64,000 nt of DNA from Chloropicon primus. Its lineage: Eukaryota. The stretch is taken from positions 186,001 through 250,000 of the forward strand of contig CP060773.1 in assembly GCA_023205875.1 (NCBI GenBank), read 5' to 3'. A program made the translations under genes and the position numbers. The stretch's first letter is position 1. Every line of letters begins with the position of its first letter. Shown piece by piece: positions 33,808 to 42,859 of this stretch. The notes under the pieces are model-generated. The model was not told where the DNA came from, did not search any database, and saw only the letters and a list, made by a program, of their open reading frames with translations.

Positions 33808-34170
33808 ACCGAGGAGGGGAAAGAACGAGAACGAGATAGATGGCGAGAACGAGAGTGTGAGAAGGAAAGACGACAACGCATCGCGGTAGAACATCTCTTT
33901 ATCTTTCGAACGAGCCCTCACTCGACTCGTTTGGCAACCGGAGTGGTCGCCAACTTTGGTCATCAAGGCATTGGGCAGAGCTTCAGGAGCAGGAGTGGCG
34001 TGACTTTGCGACGCAGTGGAGGGCGAGGGAGGTGAATCCGGAGGGCGAGGGCGCTACAGAGCGAAGCGTTGACTCGATATCTTTCGATTGGTGGGGCGCA
34101 CGACCGGTTTCTCTCCCGGAACAAGGGTTTGCTTGAGTTGTGAAGGCACGAGAGAGGACACGGCAAAGGG
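33808..34170. repeat. Repeat family B, direct copy
   Basis: Near-identical to 720-1075. Confidence 0.92.
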
Positions 34171-34219
34171 ACGTGGAGGAGCCAGGAGGGCAGAGAGCCA
34201 AGAGGTTTTGGGCGTGGTG

Positions 34220-35500
34220 ATGAGGAACACCGGGGCTGCAGGGCGAATCAGCCGAAGGATGGGGCACGTGAGACGCGGCATGAGACTCTCCTGCTCTCTG
34301 TCCTCGTCCCCAGAAGCCAAGGACACCGTAGCAGTCCTCGGCGGAGGCATCTCTGGCTTGGTGTGTGCCTTGGACGTGAAGCGCGCGAGGGAGGACACCA
34401 AGGTAGTCCTGTTCGAGCAATCGAGGAGAGCGGGAGGGAGGGCGTCGAGCCGAGTGGTGTGGCGCGACGGGCCGACGAAGGACTTTGCTTGGGACCACGG
34501 GTGCCAGTTCCTCACGCCCAAGTCAGCGGTCGTGAAGGAGATGTGCGGGAGCTTGGTCGAGAGGGGAGTCCTCGCGGAGTGGACGGGAACCTTCGGGCTC
34601 CTGGACGCGAGGGCCGGCACGTTTTCGGAGGACAAGAGGGAAAGGTGGAGGCTCGTGGGCAAGCCGATGATGGGCGCTCTGGCGGAGCACCTGGCGAGGG
34701 AAGCCCAAGACCTCGCGGGGGTGGACGTTCGCTTCGACGCTCGGGTGACCGGGATACGGAGGCGACGGGGCTCGCTGGGCACTGGGCGCTGGGTCATCAC
34801 CTCAAAGGGGAGGGGGGGTGACCCCGTGGAGACCTTGGCCGACGTGGTCGTCGCGAGCGACTGCCTCCAAGCGAACCTGGTGAAGGACCTCGGAGGGGCG
34901 AGCAAGGTCTTCGAGGCCATGAACGCCGCGGGAAGGAGGAGCTCCGTGGGGGGCTCCCCCCCGAGCTTCGCGGCGATGGTCGCGGTGAGGGGGCCCACGG
35001 GCCTCCCGGAGGGCGTAGCGGTCACGGGAAGCGACCGAGTGAGCTGGATGGCCAAGGACAGCAGCAAGCCGGGGAGGTCCTCCTGCGCGCCGGACGGCGT
35101 CGAGCTGTGGACCCTCCAGGCCTCCCCGTCCTACGCCTCGAGGATCGTCGAGGAGAGGGGTTTCACGCGGAGAGGGACCCCGGAGCACGAGGCCCTGCTC
35201 CAAGAGGTGGCGCGGGACCTCACGTCCGGGGCGAGGGAGGCCTTCGCGAGCATCGGGCAGGACTTTCCGGGCGATCGCCTCCTCGTGGGCGCGCCGACGA
35301 GCCACCGGTGGGGCTCGGCCTTCCCGCCGCCCTGCGCGTCCGGGGAGGTCGGCGCGGCCCGCCTCGCGGCGTCGGAGGACGGCACGCTCCTGGCGTGTGG
35401 GGACTGGGCGGCGCCCGAGGGGGAGGAGGGCAGGGTGGAGGCGGCGATCCTGTCCGGGAAAGCGGCGGCGAGGAGGACAGGCACCCTACTACTTAGATGA
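34220..35500 (+). CDS. FAD/NAD(P)-binding oxidoreductase (renalase-like)
   Basis: VAVLGGGISGL..VVLFEQSRRAGGRASSR..WDHGCQF..VSWMAKDSSKPGR..HRWGSAFP..ACGDW..RVEAAILSG. Confidence 0.88.
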   Translation: MRNTGAAGRISRRMGHVRRGMRLSCSLSSSPEAKDTVAVLGGGISGLVCALDVKRAREDTKVVLFEQSRRAGGRASSRVVWRDGPTKDFAWDHGCQFLTPKSAVVKEMCGSLVERGVLAEWTGTFGLLDARAGTFSEDKRERWRLVGKPMMGALAEHLAREAQDLAGVDVRFDARVTGIRRRRGSLGTGRWVITSKGRGGDPVETLADVVVASDCLQANLVKDLGGASKVFEAMNAAGRRSSVGGSPPSFAAMVAVRGPTGLPEGVAVTGSDRVSWMAKDSSKPGRSSCAPDGVELWTLQASPSYASRIVEERGFTRRGTPEHEALLQEVARDLTSGAREAFASIGQDFPGDRLLVGAPTSHRWGSAFPPPCASGEVGAARLAASEDGTLLACGDWAAPEGEEGRVEAAILSGKAAARRTGTLLLR

Positions 35501-35621
35501 TACTAATCCCAGGAGAAGGGGGAGGGGAGGAGGGGGAAGGGAACGCGGTGGGCGGGCGGCGTGCGTCCCTCTCAGTCTCTGTCTCTCTTGGATCGCATCT
35601 TTGATTCGAAAAACTTTGGTC

Positions 35622-36053
35622 TTAGGGGCGGTGAAGCCCGAGGTACCTCCACCTTGGTCGGAGGGTCCAGCCCCTCGAGAAGGCCGAGGCGCTGCTGGTG
35701 GCCGAGGCGTCCGCCCCGCCGTTGAACCCGGGGTTCGTGCCACTCGACAGCCCGAGGGCGCTGCTGGAGCTTCTTCCCCTGGACTTGGCCGTCCCGTAAT
35801 CGTGGTCATCCGGGAACGGGGTGTCGATGACCTCCCCCACCGCGGAGGCCCCGCCCTGGCTCACCCCCACCGCAAAGTTGCTGAAGTCCCTGCCCACCAG
35901 CCCCGCGTCCATCAGCTTGTACGCCAGCGTCTTGGTGTTGGTGTCCGGGAACGGGCTCTTGAGCGACCCCGATGCCGACGCCGAGGACACTAGGAGGCCA
36001 AGCAGGCCAAGGACAACCACGCCTGGGACCGACAAGGTTGCCATCATCATCAC
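35622..36053 (-). CDS. Small secreted G/S/A-rich hypothetical protein
   Basis: Signal peptide (VVVLGLLGLLVSSASA); GC3-rich coding frame. Confidence 0.6.
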   Translation of the reverse strand: MMMMATLSVPGVVVLGLLGLLVSSASASGSLKSPFPDTNTKTLAYKLMDAGLVGRDFSNFAVGVSQGGASAVGEVIDTPFPDDHDYGTAKSRGRSSSSALGLSSGTNPGFNGGADASATSSASAFSRGWTLRPRWRYLGLHRP

Positions 36054-36483
36054 CCACGCAGATCAGATGCGTGCTTTGTGCTTTGGGGGAGGATGCCACG
36101 CCAGGAAGCAAGGAAGCAAGGAAAACGCAAAAGCAAAAGCTGTCACCTTTCTGTCGTTCCGTCCGCCCGTCCGTCGTCCGTCGTCGTCGGCGACACCAGC
36201 AAAGTGACAAATGGGCTCTGGCTCCTCATCTCCTGATCAAATTTTTTTTTCCAAAATGCGTCACGTCACCACATTCACAGCAGACAGCACAGATTGCATT
36301 TTCCGGGTGATCAAGGTCAGGATGATCATGGCGGTTACACCGGAGCACTCGTGTTCGTAACGGCAGCGCGCATTGGGTACGGGCGGCATTGGAGAGGTGA
36401 TCCATCTCAAGAGAACTTTGTTTTCTCTCTCTTTCTCTTTCTCTTTCTCTTGGTTTCCAGACTTTGCGACGACGACGACGACG

Positions 36484-37428
36484 ATGATGAGAACCGGCAG
36501 GAGGTGTTCCCTCGCTGCTGCCATGGTGGTGGTGATCCTGGTGGTGGTCGCCTCCTCGACGGTGGAGGCGTCCCAGGGACGGTTCGGGGACAGGTGGCTG
36601 TGCGGGATCTTCTCCGACGCGAGGCACTGCGGCCGGCCTGGTTCGTCCCCTGCGGCGATGGATTCGACCTCCTCCTCCGACTCCGGGTGCGAGGCCAGGC
36701 ACATCGAGTGGGAGAACTTCGCGTCCCGGGCCAGGTTCGTGAGCGCGTCCTCGAGGGAGGAGTTCAAGAAGCGGAGGCTGGGGGACTGCTACGATTGGAA
36801 GCCGGAGCCCGAGGAGCCCCGGGCCTGCTGCAGGGCCCTGAACCTGTTTTGCTTGAGCCAGTGCGCGGGCTTGAGCGAGGAGGAGTTCTGCGAGGCCAAC
36901 CCCGGGCACCAGGTGTGCCCCGCCCCCAACAGGATGTGCTGCGAGGCCCTGAACGCCGAGTGCAACGCTTGCAGGGAGGGGCAGACGGTTAAGGCGTACT
37001 GCCAGTACAACCCTTCCGTGAGCGGGTGCGGCGAGGACGAGCCCGCCGCGAGGCCACCGAGGCCCGCGCCAAAGTGCTGCAAGGCGGTGACCGCCAGCTG
37101 CATGTCGTGCGCCCTCGGAATCACGGAGCGGGAGTACTGCAGGGACAACCCGACCACCTCGGGGTGCCCGGAGCCGCCCAAGAAGGAGGAGCCCCGAGTG
37201 TGCTGCATGGCGATGACCGCGAGCTGCCTGTCGTGCTCCGAGGGGATCTCCAAGAGGGAGTTCTGCTCCAGGTACAGGAACAAGCGGGTGCAGGGGTGCA
37301 GCTCGTTGAGGGCCGAGAGGCCTGAGAGGCCTGAGAGGCCCCAGAGGTCGAGGAGCGGCATCGGCTCCAGCCTCCTGGAGAACCTGAGCTTCCTGGGCTC
37401 CCCGCGCGCGGTGGGACGAAAGGATTGA
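36484..37428 (+). CDS. Secreted Cys-rich protein with four CCxAxxAxCxxC repeats
   Basis: Signal peptide; repeats CCRALNLFCLSQC, CCEALNAECNAC, CCKAVTASCMSC, CCMAMTASCLSC, each followed by G..(F/Y)C..C. Confidence 0.8.
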   Translation: MMRTGRRCSLAAAMVVVILVVVASSTVEASQGRFGDRWLCGIFSDARHCGRPGSSPAAMDSTSSSDSGCEARHIEWENFASRARFVSASSREEFKKRRLGDCYDWKPEPEEPRACCRALNLFCLSQCAGLSEEEFCEANPGHQVCPAPNRMCCEALNAECNACREGQTVKAYCQYNPSVSGCGEDEPAARPPRPAPKCCKAVTASCMSCALGITEREYCRDNPTTSGCPEPPKKEEPRVCCMAMTASCLSCSEGISKREFCSRYRNKRVQGCSSLRAERPERPERPQRSRSGIGSSLLENLSFLGSPRAVGRKD

Positions 37429-37684
37429 TTGGGTTGACTGAGAGACAGAAATAGGGGGGAGGAGGGTAGAGGCAGTTACTAACGAACCACTAAAGAGACG
37501 TGTAATGCGCAAACGAAACCAAGCCCTCGCTTGCTTGTGGACCAAAGTCACTTGCACTCGATTCATTCTTTTCTTCTCGCTCCCTGCCTCTGGCTTTCGT
37601 GGTTTGGTTTTTGGACTGAACGACGGTTACGTTGATTGATTACATGGTATGTTGTTGCTGCTGCGTTTGCGCACACGTTGGTCC

Positions 37685-38116
37685 TCACCCGGTCCAGACC
37701 CAGGCGGGCAGGGCGCGGGAAGTCGTGTCCGTGTACGAGGTGACGTACTCCTTGGCTCCGCTCGACGCCCCGGAGTGGAAGCGCCCTCCCATGTACCCGT
37801 TCTCGCCACCGCTCCCGCCGAGGGCCGTGCCGGTGCTACCGGAGCTGCCCACGGACTCAGACTTGGTGTTGACCGCCCAGGGCGTGATCTCCCTCACAGT
37901 CGCGCTCCTCCCCGCCGCGTCCGACCCGGACGCCGCGAACACGTTCGGGCTCACCAGCGTCGGGTTCGTGTTCATCCTCAGCTGGAACAGGTTCGAGGGC
38001 TGCTTGAACCTCGCGCTCCTCGCCCTGTGGCTCCTCGCGGAGGCCGGAGCCAGGCCCACCACCAGACCGAGAACGGCCAGCAGGGGGATCACCACCCTCA
38101 TCCTCATCCTCATCAT
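37685..38116 (-). CDS. Small secreted G/S-rich hypothetical protein
   Basis: Signal peptide (VVIPLLAVLGLVVGLAPASA); GC3-rich frame. Confidence 0.6.
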   Translation of the reverse strand: MMRMRMRVVIPLLAVLGLVVGLAPASARSHRARSARFKQPSNLFQLRMNTNPTLVSPNVFAASGSDAAGRSATVREITPWAVNTKSESVGSSGSTGTALGGSGGENGYMGGRFHSGASSGAKEYVTSYTDTTSRALPAWVWTG

Positions 38117-38717
38117 CCTGTGTGTGCCTGCCTGAAAGCGTTACGATGTGCGCCGCGGAGGGGGTTGATGTGGGAAGAGTCCGCGGATCTAGAGTTCAAA
38201 CCACTCAAGCGTTCCAAAGTTCCTTGCTTTCTCGACCGCCACCGGCCTCGCTGTTTTTGTCTGAATCTCCAGACCAGTGATGATGCGACCCCCATCGCTA
38301 TGGTGAACCACAGGGCTGTGGCCCCCTGCACAGCACCACGAAGCATGTCTTCGACGAGTGAAGTTCTTGACGACGAAAAGAGAAAACGGCCGAGCAGAGA
38401 GAGAGGAACGAGAACGAACGAGAACGACGACGGGCCTGAGACAAGCTAAGCTTGTGTTGCTTGCTTGGATCCTAGTCCTCATCCTCTCTCCGCGAGGACG
38501 AAGCGGACGCCTTTGCTCCGACACCACCACCAGCAGGAAAGGACGCGACCCTTTCTCTTACTCTTACTCTTTCTCTTTTTCGCGCGAAAACAGGGAGAGA
38601 GAGGGGGGGGGGAGGCATTACGTTCCGTCTCAAGCCTTACGCTTGGGTTGGCGTCGTCGTCGTCGTCGTCGAGCGTTTTCTTTACTTCTTCTGCTTCTGC
38701 TTCTTTTGCTTGGTGTC

Positions 38718-39818
38718 ATGTCGCAGTACATGAACGAGTCTCAGCTGGAGGTGGCGAGCGTGGTGGAGGAAGCGAGGAGGGAGGCGAGGGCGAGGGCGAT
38801 GACGCGGTGCGAGTACGAGTCCGTACGCCCGTACGCAGTACAGTGGGCTGGGACGACGGAGATTAAGGACCACCAGAAGTCGAGCACGTGGTGGCTGTAC
38901 CGGCCGTCGATGAAGTCGATCGTGGATTACTCTTGCGCGCCGGAGACGGAGGGGGAGATGACGTTCGAGGAGGAAAGGAGGCTACTGATCAACCTGGAGA
39001 TGCTCCCCGACGAGAGGATGCGTAAGGTGTGGCACATCATCCAGGAGTCCCCGGGCGTCACCAGGGAGGCCGAGGAGTCCATGAGGAGTCAGAACAGGCT
39101 GGCGAACTTCGACGCTCTGGACGCCGCGACCCTGTGGAGGCTGCACCGGTACGTCAACTCGTGCTACAAGGAGGAGGCCCTGAGGGAGCTGCGGAAGACC
39201 ATGGGCCTGGGCTGCGCGTTCTGCGGGTACAAGACCCAGGGGTGCTCCTACTGCAACCCCAACAAGGAGAGGAGGATCAAGGCCAAGGTGGCGTGCCTGG
39301 CCCACAGGATCGGGGCCGTCACCGACCAGCTCCACTGGCTGAGGGCGGCGTACGAGAAGCAGATGATGACCCACGGCACTGTCGTCGCCCAGACCGGAAG
39401 GAACACGGCGTTGATGCAGGACCTGGAAGACCAGGCCGTCAGGACCGTCAAGACGCTGGACAAGCTCCGCGAGGCGGAGCGCTCCTACTGCAGGAAGGTC
39501 GTCTCGGACAAGCTCTCCATCCTCCCTCATGAGAAGATCCTGGAGTGCCACGACATGATCCGCAAGGGGACCAGCAGGGACGCCCTCTACGAGTGCGGCG
39601 GCCAGCGCAATGGCCGAGGCAGTAGCAGCAGGAGGGACGACAAGGTCGGGGTCAACTTTGCCATGCTCGACGAGCAGACCATGCGCGAGGTGAACAAGTT
39701 CGTGAACAAGGCGCTCGGCGAGTGCGGAATAGAGTGCTTTTCCGACGCGGTGACGTTCTGGGAGAAGATGGAGGAGGACAGAGAGGGGCTCATGGCAGCG
39801 ATGGGGGGACTGATGTGA
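38718..39818 (+). CDS. Protein with two ET/NET-like domains and a central CxxC-x5-GCxxC motif
   Basis: MTFEEERRLLINLEMLPDERMRKVWHIIQ..NFDALDAATLWRLHRYV; second copy KLSILPHEKILECHDMIR..VNFAMLDEQTMREVNKFV; GCAFCGYKTQGCSYC. Confidence 0.75.
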   Translation: MSQYMNESQLEVASVVEEARREARARAMTRCEYESVRPYAVQWAGTTEIKDHQKSSTWWLYRPSMKSIVDYSCAPETEGEMTFEEERRLLINLEMLPDERMRKVWHIIQESPGVTREAEESMRSQNRLANFDALDAATLWRLHRYVNSCYKEEALRELRKTMGLGCAFCGYKTQGCSYCNPNKERRIKAKVACLAHRIGAVTDQLHWLRAAYEKQMMTHGTVVAQTGRNTALMQDLEDQAVRTVKTLDKLREAERSYCRKVVSDKLSILPHEKILECHDMIRKGTSRDALYECGGQRNGRGSSSRRDDKVGVNFAMLDEQTMREVNKFVNKALGECGIECFSDAVTFWEKMEEDREGLMAAMGGLM

Positions 39819-40050
39819 TTAGCGGGCAGTCGGAGTGGAGGCTTGAGCTTGCTTCGAAATCATTTGGAAAGAAAGTAAAAATAGTGATAGTAACAGGATA
39901 GATCGATTCGATAGAAAACGCGGGCTCGCTTGTGGGAAGCACTAGCACGTCACCTCGATTGGACGGAGACTGATCCTTCACCAAGAAGACAACGTTGTCT
40001 CACGAGCTAGACCTTTGCTTTCCCCGTCTCCTCATGCGTCATCATGAATG

Positions 40051-40630
40051 ATAACGGCCGAGCACGAGGGCGAACCAGGAGGAGGGAGAGAGAGAGAAGG
40101 GGGACGGGAGAGCGCGGAGGAGGAAGAGGGAAGCGGAGGACCGGTCAGAAGGAAGCGTCGTCTCGTGCTCTTTCGAAAGAGCCCTCGCTCGAAGAGAACG
40201 ACCCGGTGGTGAGGATCTGAGGAGCACGGGCGTGAAGATGGCGGTGACAGGGGGAGCGAGCAAGAGGCAGAGGACGGAGGGATGCGCTGGAGGTGCTTCC
40301 CGAGTGGGCGTGGTTCCTGGTCTTGAAGCAGCTGGACGATTACGACCACCTTGCTTTTGGGGTTGACCTGCAGGACGTTCCTCGAGGCGGTGACGAAGGC
40401 GACGAGCCCCGAGGAGAAGAAGAAGGCTCGCCTGAGGACGGACCTGTCGCAAGAGAAGCCGCCTTGCCCTTGGGACCGGTGGACTTGTACGTACGCAGCT
40501 TCAGGGGGTCACCTTGACATTCTGCAGTAGGCTCGAAGCCAGAATCCGCCTTGCCCTTGGAACCCAGTGGAATGCAGATCCGCAGCGAATCGTCACCCGA
40601 AAGTCCTCAAGTGGATCCAGGAGAACTCTT
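40051..40630 (+). pseudogene. Internally deleted duplicate of the ankyrin pseudogene
   Basis: 40051-40458 is a near-identical 408-bp copy of 32530-32937, joined directly to degenerate ankyrin repeats ending ...GTGGATCCAGGAGAACTCTT as at 33708. Confidence 0.88.
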
Positions 40631-41185
40631 CACAACACAAACGAATCGCTTGTCACGTTGCATTGCGCCCTCCCCCCCCCTCCTCCATGATCCTCCTCTT
40701 TTTTGCCGCCATGTGCATCTAATTTCCCTTCCCCATGTTTTTAGTCTCCCCAAACCACACCACAGCATTTCGAGAAAAAAGATTGCAGATATTCTTCCAA
40801 CCACGGTGGTTCGGCATCATTCATCGCTTGACCCCGGCGCCCGTTGCGGAACTGAAGGTGAGTGACGACGACGATGACGATGACGATGACGAGAAGCGCG
40901 ATGCACACCTCCTCCGCATCCCTCCCTCCATCGCTTCCGCTTCCCTCCATCCATCCATCCATGCTTTCCTCCTCACCAACGCTTGCGAAGATGTGTGTGA
41001 TGCAACATGCATGCACCCTCGACGACCTCCACGACACCGTGACTAACTCCTTCCATGCTCCTGCTCCTTCTCTGTCTCTCTTTGCTTCTGCTGCTGCTGC
41101 TGCTTTCTGCCGAATACCCGCACTGCTCTGCACGTAACGCACGCCCGTGCGTTACAAAGAAGAAACCAGAAACCACAAAGGCATC

Positions 41186-42175
41186 ATGATGAGAGCCCCC
41201 ACGCTCCTCCTCGCCGCGGCGATGGCACTTGCCTTGAGCCTCGTCGCTGCTCCCGCGTTTGTCGCCGCGGACGACGATTGGATCAACTACGCTTCTGCGA
41301 GTTCCTCGGCGTCGTCGACGTCCTCGAGCATCGGCGCGTTCACCGTGTCCGACTCCACCACCGAGGCCAAGGGAGAGAACGCACACGCTGATGCCACCGC
41401 CGATGCCGAGGCCACCTCCACGTTCGAGGCGTACGATTACGATTTCGGTTACTTGCACGACGAGTACGCGATGGCCACGTCCGGCTCGGATGCGTCTTCC
41501 CACATAGACGACGGCTTCATCGCCCAGAACGCGGACACGACCACGCACGCCGAGACGTACGGGGACTACGTGATCGCGAACGCCCAGGGCGACGCGGTTG
41601 CGGACAGCAAGGTGAAGAACGACCACCCTTACGAGGATGAGGAGGATGAGTGGAAGTCGGAGGCCCACGCCGACGCCAAGGGCATTGCCGGGGCGGGAAA
41701 CAACGCGATCCACATGTACGGGGGCAACCCGAACGGGCACGAGTTGGGAACCTTCACGTACACGGACGCCAACGCCATGTCCAAGGGCATGAACATCGAA
41801 AACACGGCCGACGCCAAGTCCAACGCGGACGCCGCTGTTCCGATCTACTACCCTGTGTGGAAGGAGGACGAGCACGGCTGGTGGGGTTACGACCTCGAGT
41901 ACGTCGGGGATGACACCGCCTCCTCCGACTCGACCTCCTACGCCTTTGCCAACATCAACGAGATGGCGGTCGCCACTGCCGACTCCCAAGGCACCGTCAT
42001 GACCTCCACGAGCGGCGGCCCCATCGGTGCGGGTGGCTCCGCCACCGCAGACGCCGAGGCGAAGGCCAAGCTGTGGAAGAAGAACGGATGGGTCGACCCC
42101 GCTCCAAAGTGGGAGAGTCACCCCTACTGGAAGCCAAGGAGAGGCTGGATCGTCAGGGAGGCCGAAGGCAAGTAA
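41186..42175 (+). CDS. Secreted Ala/Ser/Thr/Asp-rich hypothetical protein
   Basis: Signal peptide MMRAPTLLLAAAMALALSLVAAPAFVAA; many alternating AxAxAxA tracts; W/K-rich C-terminus. Confidence 0.75.
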   Translation: MMRAPTLLLAAAMALALSLVAAPAFVAADDDWINYASASSSASSTSSSIGAFTVSDSTTEAKGENAHADATADAEATSTFEAYDYDFGYLHDEYAMATSGSDASSHIDDGFIAQNADTTTHAETYGDYVIANAQGDAVADSKVKNDHPYEDEEDEWKSEAHADAKGIAGAGNNAIHMYGGNPNGHELGTFTYTDANAMSKGMNIENTADAKSNADAAVPIYYPVWKEDEHGWWGYDLEYVGDDTASSDSTSYAFANINEMAVATADSQGTVMTSTSGGPIGAGGSATADAEAKAKLWKKNGWVDPAPKWESHPYWKPRRGWIVREAEGK

Positions 42176-42859
42176 CTGCGGAGGATCACCAAGGAACGAC
42201 GGCGAGAGAGTCCTGTACGTCCGTCCGTCATCATGACAAGAGTGTCACCAAGAGAAATAAAGCAAGCCGATGCATGTCATTCACATTCAAGAACTGGGAC
42301 TTCCATCCTCCTCCTCCTCAGCAGCAGCAGCATCCTCTCTCCTCCTCTCCCTAGTGTAAAAAGATCATGCACAAGAAGCAAACCAGAGTGAAGTGACACA
42401 CAGAGAGAGAGAGAGAGAGTAAGAAAGAGACAGCGACAAAGAAAGAGGAAGAGAAGTCCACATTCATCCTCCATCTCCTCACTCCTCTCTTCTTCTTCTT
42501 CTTCTCTACATTTCCCAAGATGGCGGGAAATTTCAGTTCGCGCCAAAAAAACGAAAATTTTTTCTTCCCTTCGCAAAAGGGACGGCGACGGGACGAAGGA
42601 ACGAAGGACGAGGCGAAGCCCAAAACCTCCTCCCCTTCCAAGGAACAACCACCGAGGAGCAAACACAAACACAAACACAAACACACAAGAGAGACAGAAC
42701 CAAACACTTCCACCATTCCAATCATCCATCCGATCATTTCCAGTCGCTTCCAATCTCGAAGCGGCTTCAGTGTTGATCCCCATCTCCACCTCCTAGGAGG
42801 AAGTTTTCAATCCTTGTTTGATTGATTGATTGAACTCTTCGCCTCTTGTTGTTGTTGAG

